Shown here in pieces: positions 45,598-54,513 of a stretch of 64,000 nt of DNA. The notes below the pieces were generated by a model, which did not search any database, had not been told where the DNA came from, and saw nothing but the letters and a program-made list of their open reading frames with translations. Source of the stretch: a virus (taxonomy: Duplodnaviria; Caudoviricetes); IMG/VR virus record IMGVR_UViG_3300042691_038938; one strand, given 5' to 3'. Position numbers and translations under genes: made by a program. Each line of letters starts with the position of its first letter. The first letter of the stretch is position 1.

Positions 45598-46008
45598 TTA
45601 ATTATTTTTCTTTTTATTTATGAATTGAGAGTAAGACAAGACTTGTGACTCGTTCATCTTTTTAGGCAAACTTTCCTCCTTTATGATAAGTTCTCCCAAT
45701 ACTTCTAATCTTCCCATCTCAGTCTGAAAATCTATTTGAGACATGGAAGTAGATATTTTGTCGTAAGTTTTCTTAAATTCTTTTTTGGCCTCAACTAAAT
45801 CAAACTTACCGGCTGCCGCTCTCTTGTAATAAGGAAGCTTTACATTGAAATGGTGCCAGGTTAACATTGCAAGTCCTCCTTTTCTCTTAGCGTTATCTAC
45901 GATTTTTTCCGCTCCCGCTTCTCTAGTGTCTGCGAATTCAGAAAACTTGTCCATTGTTTGCTTTGCCTTATTTCCGTGCTTCTCTATCGTTTCATTTATC
46001 GAATTCAT
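45598..46008 (-). CDS. hypothetical protein
   Basis: 136 aa with C-terminal VLSYSQFIN motif. Confidence 0.65.
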   Translation of the reverse strand: MNSINETIEKHGNKAKQTMDKFSEFADTREAGAEKIVDNAKRKGGLAMLTWHHFNVKLPYYKRAAAGKFDLVEAKKEFKKTYDKISTSMSQIDFQTEMGRLEVLGELIIKEESLPKKMNESQVLSYSQFINKKKNN

Positions 46009-46264
46009 AACTCTTTACTATTTTTACTTTTAATTCGCCTGTTCCTTTTATCACTCGATGCCACTCTCCCCTAGCAATAAAGACTGCTGAATTCAAGCTT
46101 TGAGGTAACCTATTCTCTAACTGTATCTTCCAGTCAGTAGGTTGAATTGAGACTACCATTCGATCCTCATCATCGCGGTGCCATTGGAGATTGATAGGAT
46201 CGATAGATTCGTCAAAAGTCCTAATCACATAATCGATATTCTCAACCTCTCTATAAATCATCAC
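45992..46264 (-). CDS. small cupin-fold protein
   Basis: WHRDDEDR and FIARGEWHRVIKG cupin motifs. Confidence 0.7.
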   Translation of the reverse strand: MMIYREVENIDYVIRTFDESIDPINLQWHRDDEDRMVVSIQPTDWKIQLENRLPQSLNSAVFIARGEWHRVIKGTGELKVKIVKSYEFDK

Positions 46265-46827
46265 CAGAATCCAGGATATGTTTTACCTCCCCATAGGTGA
46301 GCGTATCTGTTTATTCGACATGCCCAATAACCGGCTTTCGTCCGGTCCTTCTTCTCAGCACAATTATGTCTCGCGGCAAATGACTTTCTAGCCTTGGGAT
46401 TGGAAACCTTTGCGTTGAGTCCAGGGTCTCCGAACTGAATCTTCTTAATGTTTCCGGTTTGTGGATTTCTAACGTATACTACGTATTTTTTAGAGCCTCC
46501 CCTAGTTGGGTATCCAAGCTTAGGTTTTTTCTCTTCATTGATATCTAATTCCTCTAACGGAAGGTCTAATGAAACTTCTTGCCCTTGATAGAAACCAGTC
46601 TTACCAAGGTCAGTCGTCTCCAATAGAAGACGGTCGACTCCTTCGACTAGCAGAGATCCACTAAAGTAAAGGCTCCTAGCTTCTGCTAAGATCTCAAGGT
46701 GAGCTTTGCTTCCAGGTCGATACACTGACTCTGTGATGCTGTATCCCCTGCTTATGTGATAGTCTAGACCCTCAGAGATTGCCTGATGACCTAAAAACTG
46801 TGAGTAACTCTTTATTCTAGCTTCCAT
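46261..46827 (-). CDS. conserved basic phage protein
   Basis: KKY.VYV..P.TGN.KK..FGD..ARKSF.ARH.C..AGYWAC; AATAAATA at 46835..46842. Confidence 0.7.
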   Translation of the reverse strand: MEARIKSYSQFLGHQAISEGLDYHISRGYSITESVYRPGSKAHLEILAEARSLYFSGSLLVEGVDRLLLETTDLGKTGFYQGQEVSLDLPLEELDINEEKKPKLGYPTRGGSKKYVVYVRNPQTGNIKKIQFGDPGLNAKVSNPKARKSFAARHNCAEKKDRTKAGYWACRINRYAHLWGGKTYPGFW

Positions 46828-46837
46828 ACTTAATTAT

Positions 46838-47623
46838 TTATTCGCTTGGCGGAAAGTCCCGATCTATCCACACGTCATCGAGAGTTGATCCAGTAAGACC
46901 GGAGTTCTCTCTTAAGTTTATTTGTTTAATCGTATTGCCTTTATAGAAAGTAGAGTGATCGTCAAAGCTAGGAAAGTAGGTCTCCATTTGAAGGTCAAGA
47001 GAGATGGATACGATGTTTGAATCAGTATAGGTAAAGCTATAAGTCTTTTGGAACTGAGCAGTCTCAGGAAAAGTCACCTGTGCTGGAATTCGGATTCCTC
47101 TAAACTGAAAGTATCTTACCTGATTCTTATAATAAAAATCAAAGATCTTTTCCATGATCTTAAAGGTCTTATTGATGTTATCGCTCTCTATCTTTATTGA
47201 AAAGCTCAAAGCCATCGGTAACGTAAAGAGCCTAGACGAAAAAGCTTTTAGTTGCTTTTGATCATTCTCGTCCCTTACTTCCTGATTGAAGCTTCCTCGA
47301 ACGAACTTGTTTGTAATATCGCTTGACTTTATCTGAAATCCGCCTAATGTGACTATTCCCCTGGGCATCTGTTCATAGTTACCCTCAGCATGACTAGGAC
47401 ACTTACAGTCTCCAGGTATCTCAAGAAAAAAGTCTTTCATGAATCCTTCGTCTCCTCCGAAATTATAGAAGAATGGAACCTCATGATAGGTGACTTCGTC
47501 GTTTCTCTTTAAGCTAATTATGACTTCTCTATTGAGTAGGTCAAGCAGTGACAGGGTAGCATTTCTTAAGAATATGTCCTGTACGTTCTCGTTTCGTATG
47601 TTTTCGTTCTTTGAGATCTTCAT
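46838..47623 (-). CDS. tail terminator / sheath stabiliser (T4 gp15-like)
   Basis: VPFFY, PRGIV, PMALSFSIKI, F.I.EKI..F, L.METY.P. Confidence 0.7.
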   Translation of the reverse strand: MKISKNENIRNENVQDIFLRNATLSLLDLLNREVIISLKRNDEVTYHEVPFFYNFGGDEGFMKDFFLEIPGDCKCPSHAEGNYEQMPRGIVTLGGFQIKSSDITNKFVRGSFNQEVRDENDQKQLKAFSSRLFTLPMALSFSIKIESDNINKTFKIMEKIFDFYYKNQVRYFQFRGIRIPAQVTFPETAQFQKTYSFTYTDSNIVSISLDLQMETYFPSFDDHSTFYKGNTIKQINLRENSGLTGSTLDDVWIDRDFPPSE

Positions 47624-47628
47624 TATTT

Positions 47629-49773
47629 TTATCTGTTTTTAGCGATGTACGGCAGGTTCGTTTGAGGTCTGCAGTTATCGATTAGGATCAACATTGACTC
47701 GTCCTTTAGGAATTGCTGACTTAGTATAAACTCGTGTTCTTCTTCCCTAAGCATGGTGTTGAAAAGACGCAAGTTCGTGATCAGGAGCAGGGAGTTCTGT
47801 AACACATAGTTTTGGTCTAGATCAAACGTCTCTTGAGATAAGGATGATGTCGCACCAAATATCTTATTAAAATCACTGTGATTTATGATGTCGCTTGGAT
47901 CTTCAGTGATTCGATAAACATAGGTTCCTATCTGTAAGAACTCGTTAGATATGGAAACCACCATTGCGTGCCACGTGCCGCTAATAAAGTTGTTGATTGT
48001 GTATATCTTGTTCTGACCGTTTATCTCAATCAACAGGATAAGATCTCCCTCAGGATTAGAAAGGTTGTAACGATTAAAGCTTCCTGTTATTCTTAGCCCT
48101 GCTTGTAATTCATTGTCGTATCCATTGATAAAGCTAACGATATCCGCAGATGTAGGCACGTTAAAGAGACAAGTGAACGAAAGGTTTTTAATGTTTGTCG
48201 TATTGAACTTTGGAGTGGCGTTATAAATCACAGCAGACTCCCTTACCCTAAACGTAGTGATCGTGTCTGGACCTAACGTATCAGTTAGGACGTCCCGCTG
48301 ATCATTGAATCTCATGTCTCGATATGCCTCTATCCTAATGTACCTATTGGGTTCAGACTGTCCGATGTTATTTGGAATATAATCGAATGGTCCCCTTATT
48401 CTGCAGTACCTCATGCTGGTTCCTCGAATGTTCTTGTCATTAGTGATGAGTCCTCCATTCTTCCAAGTAGCATAGAGATCGCTACCCTCATACGCAAGTA
48501 TCACGTCATTTTGAGGAGGCGGAACCTTGTCTAAGCTAGGTAAACTTGCAACGTATTGGCTAGTTGAGGTGACTGGAGAAGCAGGAGTCAAAGCAACAGT
48601 TATGTCTGTGCTGGGAACTCCTCCAAGATCATAATAGTTTTCTATTAAGGGTGCAAAATTGTAAGTATATTTCAAAGGTCTTAGCGTTGTGTCAGGATGA
48701 ATCGCCTTTCGGGAAGGATCAAAGGTCGTTGTTATCTTTGAATACTGCTCAGGCATTGTGCCGTCCTTAATATCTTTCTCTACTTCAGGTCCAAATAGCT
48801 GCTCTGCTGAGAGAATCACGTTATCCAAGAAGGTACGAGTCTCATCAGTAAGGAGCATATCGATGTTTGGATTGTACTTCTTAAGCTGAATCTTCCAATA
48901 ACTAGGAGTCATCATGAAGCTGCGAAAGAGGTAAGATCCCTGGATCTCAAACATCCTATTAAGCAGAGGAAAGTAGAGAAAGTCTCTCTTCCTAGGCTCA
49001 GACTCGCTTCCAAAGATTGATTGAAAGTATTTGTGATCTACATGAATCTCAAATGGCATCTGAAAGTCTATGCCAAATTCTGTGTATTTAGGCACGTTAT
49101 CAGGAAAGGTATTACCTGGCACTAAAACCTTTATACATTTGCGATCCACGTTTTTGTAGAGAGTCCATTCCTTAAAGACATAGTCACCGCTATCTGATTC
49201 AGGAACAGTCCTAAAATAAACTACTTGATGGCCGTATAGCTGATTAGTAAAGAATGAGAGCTCATTATAGAGTCCAATTGCGCTATCCACGTTGTATGGC
49301 CTAAAACTCGGATCCCTGTTTGTAATGATTGATGTGCATTTCTCATCTGAACATTGGGTCACAGGACAGTAGGTATTCGCAACGTTTCCTGCCTGCTTAA
49401 ACCTTAGTTTCACTTCGTTTACCTGAATGACGGTCGGCATCTCATTAGAAGTGCCGTCGTCGTACTCATATTTCACCTCGAAATAGAACTGATCGTTTGC
49501 GTCTAAATAGATTCCTGCAGCGTCCCCTAAGTTACCTGGAGAGACCTCATACCATAGTGACCAGTCTAACTTGTTCCTGGAATATCTAAAGTATCTCTTG
49601 AGATTAGTAAGATCGATCGCTTCTGGTGAAGTAAACATAAGATCTTCTAGGAAGTCTGTGAACTCAGTGATTCCTGTCACAGGCTCAGTCGTTGAAAATA
49701 TCCTAAAATTCTTACTAAAAGTCAGCGAGTTTTTCTGGGGATCTATCAGTAATTTGACAGTAGTCTTAATCAT
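47629..49773 (-). CDS. neck protein (T4 gp14-like core) with N- and C-terminal extensions
   Basis: YGHQVVYF, FGIDF..FEIH....F...FG..PRKRDFLYFPLLNRMFEI; LamG-like beta C-terminus. Confidence 0.72.
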   Translation of the reverse strand: MIKTTVKLLIDPQKNSLTFSKNFRIFSTTEPVTGITEFTDFLEDLMFTSPEAIDLTNLKRYFRYSRNKLDWSLWYEVSPGNLGDAAGIYLDANDQFYFEVKYEYDDGTSNEMPTVIQVNEVKLRFKQAGNVANTYCPVTQCSDEKCTSIITNRDPSFRPYNVDSAIGLYNELSFFTNQLYGHQVVYFRTVPESDSGDYVFKEWTLYKNVDRKCIKVLVPGNTFPDNVPKYTEFGIDFQMPFEIHVDHKYFQSIFGSESEPRKRDFLYFPLLNRMFEIQGSYLFRSFMMTPSYWKIQLKKYNPNIDMLLTDETRTFLDNVILSAEQLFGPEVEKDIKDGTMPEQYSKITTTFDPSRKAIHPDTTLRPLKYTYNFAPLIENYYDLGGVPSTDITVALTPASPVTSTSQYVASLPSLDKVPPPQNDVILAYEGSDLYATWKNGGLITNDKNIRGTSMRYCRIRGPFDYIPNNIGQSEPNRYIRIEAYRDMRFNDQRDVLTDTLGPDTITTFRVRESAVIYNATPKFNTTNIKNLSFTCLFNVPTSADIVSFINGYDNELQAGLRITGSFNRYNLSNPEGDLILLIEINGQNKIYTINNFISGTWHAMVVSISNEFLQIGTYVYRITEDPSDIINHSDFNKIFGATSSLSQETFDLDQNYVLQNSLLLITNLRLFNTMLREEEHEFILSQQFLKDESMLILIDNCRPQTNLPYIAKNR

Positions 49774-49794
49774 TGAGAAGCTTTTTCTTTAGTT

Positions 49795-49848
49795 TATTTA
49801 TTTGATTTTTTACACTAAACTTGGAATCGTGCTTCAGTGAAATAAATA
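49795..49848. promoter_or_regulatory. divergent late promoter-like AATAAATA pair
   Basis: 49795..49802 (-), 22 nt before 49773; 49841..49848 (+), 20 nt before 49868. Confidence 0.55.
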
Positions 49849-49867
49849 ATAAAAAGAGCATTAAGCT

Positions 49868-50668
49868 TTGAAAGAAAAACAGATACTCGATCCTCTATGG
49901 ATAACTAAGGGCAGTTATCTAGATCCAGAATACTTTAGCTACATACTCTTGGCAGCAAGCCAAAAGTACAGAAAGGATCTTGAAGAAGGAGACCTTCGCT
50001 ACTTTTATGAGCTCTTCTTTCATAGCTTGAACCTAAATAACTTGGCGATAGACGGTAGCTTATTTGATTCAAAGCTTCATCCCATCTGGCAGAACGAAAG
50101 ATTGAATGCAATAAAGAAAGAATTACGACAGATCTTTGAGAGAAAGACGGAGGTCGTTGAGATATTTAGAAATGCAAATTACGTCTTCTTAAACCTGATC
50201 CTAGAATACATGGATCAGCAGCTAGCCGCTTTTGACTTAATGGAGATCTTTTATATGAATGAGATGATTCATGAACAACAGGAGATATTCATAGTGATGA
50301 ATGAGGTCGGAAGCAAGCAATACTCGATTTGGTGCGTGAAAGAAGACTTTACTAAGGATTATGGAGTCTCATTTAGAAAAGTAAAAACGATCGTCCTTGA
50401 TGAGATCAAGGAAAACGCTCTCAAAGAAAAGTTGAGTGAGATGAATCACCCGACCTTAAATAGAATGAAGGACAAGAAGAATGTCGTTTTTGCAATAACT
50501 GAAGAAGTCGATCAAAAAATTGCGGCAAATGTCGTGAAAGACACAATTTTGCTAAACAAGGGGATTGCTAAGGGAATAGCCTTTGAGACAAACATCATCG
50601 CTGAGCTTCAGGCTCTACTTGTTGTTGAGAACCTGATGCCCTTTACTCTTTCTCAATGGATCGATTAG
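49868..50668 (+). CDS. hypothetical protein (TTG start)
   Basis: 266-aa lone plus-strand ORF with its own promoter motif. Confidence 0.7.
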   Translation: MKEKQILDPLWITKGSYLDPEYFSYILLAASQKYRKDLEEGDLRYFYELFFHSLNLNNLAIDGSLFDSKLHPIWQNERLNAIKKELRQIFERKTEVVEIFRNANYVFLNLILEYMDQQLAAFDLMEIFYMNEMIHEQQEIFIVMNEVGSKQYSIWCVKEDFTKDYGVSFRKVKTIVLDEIKENALKEKLSEMNHPTLNRMKDKKNVVFAITEEVDQKIAANVVKDTILLNKGIAKGIAFETNIIAELQALLVVENLMPFTLSQWID

Positions 50669-50970
50669 ATCGAATCAATCACTGTGAGTCCAAATGCTTC
50701 TAGCTTTTCCTTAGTTAGCGCGTAGGCAACCTCATAAACATTACCAGTTAATGTGAATGCTGAATCATCAGTCTTTCCTACTCTAGAATAAACCTGCTGA
50801 CTTGTCACAGTCTTGGTAGGATCAGCCAGTCTAGCCTCCTCATTTAAGTATAAGTTTAAGAATGCATTTATTGTGCCGCTCTTTGAAACCTTTACTGTTT
50901 CGATGTTTACATAGGCATCAGATGTTGTGCCTCCGTCTGTGTAAATTTCACTAGTTATCTTTAGTCCCAT
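50665..50970 (-). CDS. small fibre-associated protein
   Basis: 101 aa, directly downstream of the large fibre gene. Confidence 0.65.
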   Translation of the reverse strand: MGLKITSEIYTDGGTTSDAYVNIETVKVSKSGTINAFLNLYLNEEARLADPTKTVTSQQVYSRVGKTDDSAFTLTGNVYEVAYALTKEKLEAFGLTVIDSI

Positions 50971-50989
50971 TTTATTTTATTTTTTATTA

Positions 50990-53900
50990 TTATGCAATCA
51001 CGTACGAGAATGTGAACCACTGGGTGCCATCACCGATGCCTATTGCTGAGTCATCTGCCTTTTTTATTTCTACTTGAGTTGCGTTTTTATATCCTACTTT
51101 ACAAGCGGTATTTCCAACATTAAATGAAGCTACTCCCCAAGCCTGATTAGGAGCGATCGTTCCAAGAGGAATATTGATTGTTGGATTTCCACCGGCAATA
51201 GTTTTTCCAGTACAAGTGACAACGTCTCCTACTCTAGTAAATGTATAATCAGAGTTAGCCTCATCATATCTACCGCTTATGAATTGATTACTGCCACTAA
51301 ATTGGTTTGGATCTCTAGCATTAAGGTATAGATGAGGATGATCATTGATTGTAAGCTTTCCATCTAATATATTCTCATCAGCGTCTCTTACCCAAATACC
51401 GTATGCTTTGTTCACAGCAGTCGCTCCTGCATAGTCAACATATACTCCATAAACATCGCCGGCTGTATTGTTTCCAGTAAACTTAAAGTTATATCCCCAA
51501 AGGCTAGAATTGGCAGTAACTCCCGGGCCAATTTCTACCCAGTTGGAAAGCACCCATCCATCAAAGGTTGTGGTATCGCCACCAATACCAAATTTTTGCC
51601 AGTGACCCACAAAGTCTGAATGAAAGGTAGTAGATTCTCCAACGCCAGTCGCTCCTATGAGTTGAGAGGTGACCCATCCCCCATTGATGTCATTTGTTCC
51701 GCTGAGTCTAATTCTATTACAGTTAACTGCTTGTAAATCAACTGAATCTAAATCAGTAGTATCGATTAGGATCTCATCAGCGAGCGCAACGGTGTCTAAC
51801 CACTTTCTATTCAATCGTATTTTTGGAGCACCAGTTGGAGAGCTTTGTGTGATTCCTTCCAGCTTAGTTTCAATGATTGTCAATGGATCAGGAGCACTGG
51901 TGAGTACCATATTAGGATCAGAGAATCTTACCTTTATTGGGCCGTCTACCGCTAGTCCCTGACCGCGATCGATGTATACTCCTCCCTGACCCACGTTTAT
52001 TGAGTTCCCGACCTCTAATGATTCTCCAACGTATGCGTTTTTGAATACTTTGATCTCATTAGATCTTATCATAGACAGGTCGGCATTTGCAGAAACTATT
52101 CCGTCAACTTCAAACACAGAAATACCTCCAATCGTTGCAGCATATGAACCTGTTCCGTTTGAGGTGGAAACGTAAATCTTGTTTCCTACCATCGTCATCT
52201 TTCCAGCAGCAGTTATCTCACCTCTAGACTCAATTGCGACAGTAAATGGATTTAGGATGTCAGAAATATCGACTGTTGCAAGCATCCCAATTCCGCTCAC
52301 TTTATTCTCACCTAGCGCATATAAGTAACGATCACTAACTATTATGTCAGTAATATCGATATTTGTGTCCACTTCAAATGAAGAGACTAGAGACAAGTTT
52401 TGAGTGTTGTTCACATCAATGTTGTATACATAAACATCATTATCGTAAGAGCAGAATAACCAGGTCCCCAGAGCCTTGAGCTGTGCAGGTTTTTCATTAG
52501 CACCACTGGCAACAACAACGGTCCCGCTATTTGAAGCAGGTCGATAAGTTATGTTATAAGGATCATGGATATCAAACTGCTTGATTCGAATGCTGTTTGA
52601 GCTCTCAGTAAAAGTAGAAACAAACGCTCTTTCTCCAACTATCTCAAGGTCCAAGTAATTATCATCGTTTCTACCATATGATGTGGGCGAACCGAGACTA
52701 CATATTACTACAGGATTCGTCGGATCGGAAACATCAATAGCGATTATAGTTGAGTTAAGAGTAGACCATGGAGCGGCAGCCTGTCTCTTATTGATTACGT
52801 AAGCAATTGACCCAACTATCTCAACTCGCTGTAAACTGTTTCCTGGAGTATCAATTGATACCGGTACCATAGAATTTCCATTGGAGTCGGCCTCAGCTAT
52901 GATGAAAGTATTATAATTTCGATTGATACCTACACCTGGTGCACTGCCTGGAGTAGAAGGTCTGACTCTAGTTAGATAGATGTACTTACCAGCAATCTTT
53001 GCGTCAGTCACACTAGTTGCGGGAATGTCTTGAAGTACTCCAGAGATTGTGTGGCCATGGTTATCGAATGCAAGTGGAATAAGAAGATTTTGCTCAGAGT
53101 CAGTAGTAACCGTATTAAGAACAGTAAGCGCTGAGTCTAGTGCTCTAAGTTGGATTGCACCCTGAGAAGTAGTCAAGTTACTTCCGCCGTATATGTCATT
53201 AGGTCCAGCAAAAGTCTGTATTAAGTATTTACCATTGGAGAATATCGAAGTATAATAGCGGTTAGCATTACCTGGATAGCCGACTCCAAACAGCGCCTTA
53301 GAGACAAATTCAGCAGGTGTTGTGTGAATCTGCTCAATGTTGCCAGCAGTCTGTACAAGACGGTCATTAAAGAAGAAACCATTTAGTCCGCTTGAAACAT
53401 CAAATAGAGCAAAATCAGCGTTTCCTGCAGAATAAGGCAGAGTCAATTCATTTTCAAGACCCTCCTTAAGACCAAAGATAAGACCGTTTACTGCAGAAGA
53501 AATGCTGATTCCGTCAGGTACGATAGGCGGAACTGCTGACTGTTCAATTAGAGACTCGGCCGATCCTAATCGAATTGTTACCTCAGACTGAATTGTGCTC
53601 AGCCCTTCGTCGTTATACTTTGGAACTACAAATTCAAATCTTCCGTTTTGATCAATAGTTGCGATTGAGGTCGATTCTAATTTACTTAAAGAGAATCTTG
53701 CAGTATTTAACCAATAGTTAGTACTCGGCAATGGGGTTGATAGGCTAACGTCTTCCTTTAGGAACTTTACCTTTAGATTGTGTCGAATATCACTCATCTC
53801 AACTTGACTGGGACTTACTTCTGTGTTTTCGTAGAGTGATCCCATTTCAAGGTGATATCTTCCTTGAATGACAGCTGCGCCTTCACTATGGTTTGAGTAG

Positions 53901-54511
53901 ATGGATAATAGAGAATTGAATAACTCTCCAGGATTTGCTGTAAAATAAAAGTTAGTTAAGCTATTGGAAAGAACGTCCTCATTAAAATTATTTAGAAAAA
54001 GCGTATCGTTATTTGAAGTATTTAGAGTTCCTAAATTCACATCAAGCTGTGTCTCTAAATAAGTCTCTCCACGACGATTAAAGGTAATGAACCGATCATC
54101 ACTCGGACTACTTAAACCTATTCCTCTCTTAAAAGGAGAAGAAGTGGTTGAAAGATAATTATTAACTAATGTGGATATGCTGGTGACTAGTGACCAGGTA
54201 TCAGTCGCTAGATCGTATTGCCACACATCAAATGATAAAGAATCTAAGTAGAGATCATTATCGATAAGATCGATGAATCCAGTAAGAGTATTTGGATCTC
54301 CTGCATCCACAAACCAAGTAGATCCTCGTAAGCCAGCAGGTCCGCCTAGGCCAGTCGGCCCAGCTGGGCCCTGTATTCCTGAAAGTCCCTGTATCCCAGG
54401 ATCCCCTACTCCTAACTCCAATAACTTATTGAAATTAAAATTGACTTTGTCAACTGTGATTTCCTGTGAATCTGAAGGAAAGATCTCCTTTAAGTTTACT
54501 CTAATTGGCAT
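50990..54511 (-). CDS. tail fibre/spike with baseplate-binding N-terminus, collagen-like stretch and LVIVD-type beta-propeller
   Basis: IFPSDS...DKVNFNF N-terminus; ten G-X-Y triplets; AIDVSDPTNPV, FDIHDPYNI, VDISDILNPF repeats. Confidence 0.75.
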   Translation of the reverse strand: MPIRVNLKEIFPSDSQEITVDKVNFNFNKLLELGVGDPGIQGLSGIQGPAGPTGLGGPAGLRGSTWFVDAGDPNTLTGFIDLIDNDLYLDSLSFDVWQYDLATDTWSLVTSISTLVNNYLSTTSSPFKRGIGLSSPSDDRFITFNRRGETYLETQLDVNLGTLNTSNNDTLFLNNFNEDVLSNSLTNFYFTANPGELFNSLLSIYSNHSEGAAVIQGRYHLEMGSLYENTEVSPSQVEMSDIRHNLKVKFLKEDVSLSTPLPSTNYWLNTARFSLSKLESTSIATIDQNGRFEFVVPKYNDEGLSTIQSEVTIRLGSAESLIEQSAVPPIVPDGISISSAVNGLIFGLKEGLENELTLPYSAGNADFALFDVSSGLNGFFFNDRLVQTAGNIEQIHTTPAEFVSKALFGVGYPGNANRYYTSIFSNGKYLIQTFAGPNDIYGGSNLTTSQGAIQLRALDSALTVLNTVTTDSEQNLLIPLAFDNHGHTISGVLQDIPATSVTDAKIAGKYIYLTRVRPSTPGSAPGVGINRNYNTFIIAEADSNGNSMVPVSIDTPGNSLQRVEIVGSIAYVINKRQAAAPWSTLNSTIIAIDVSDPTNPVVICSLGSPTSYGRNDDNYLDLEIVGERAFVSTFTESSNSIRIKQFDIHDPYNITYRPASNSGTVVVASGANEKPAQLKALGTWLFCSYDNDVYVYNIDVNNTQNLSLVSSFEVDTNIDITDIIVSDRYLYALGENKVSGIGMLATVDISDILNPFTVAIESRGEITAAGKMTMVGNKIYVSTSNGTGSYAATIGGISVFEVDGIVSANADLSMIRSNEIKVFKNAYVGESLEVGNSINVGQGGVYIDRGQGLAVDGPIKVRFSDPNMVLTSAPDPLTIIETKLEGITQSSPTGAPKIRLNRKWLDTVALADEILIDTTDLDSVDLQAVNCNRIRLSGTNDINGGWVTSQLIGATGVGESTTFHSDFVGHWQKFGIGGDTTTFDGWVLSNWVEIGPGVTANSSLWGYNFKFTGNNTAGDVYGVYVDYAGATAVNKAYGIWVRDADENILDGKLTINDHPHLYLNARDPNQFSGSNQFISGRYDEANSDYTFTRVGDVVTCTGKTIAGGNPTINIPLGTIAPNQAWGVASFNVGNTACKVGYKNATQVEIKKADDSAIGIGDGTQWFTFSYVIA
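54317..54406 (-). repeat. collagen-like (G-X-Y)10
   Basis: GDP GIQ GLS GIQ GPA GPT GLG GPA GLR GST. Confidence 0.85.
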
Positions 54512-54513
54512 CT

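Noticed and set aside
54317-54406. GT25 enzyme glycosylating the collagen-like stretch, as eukaryotic collagen galactosyltransferases do
   Set aside because: The G-X-Y stretch has no Lys, and no lysyl hydroxylase is present in the window.
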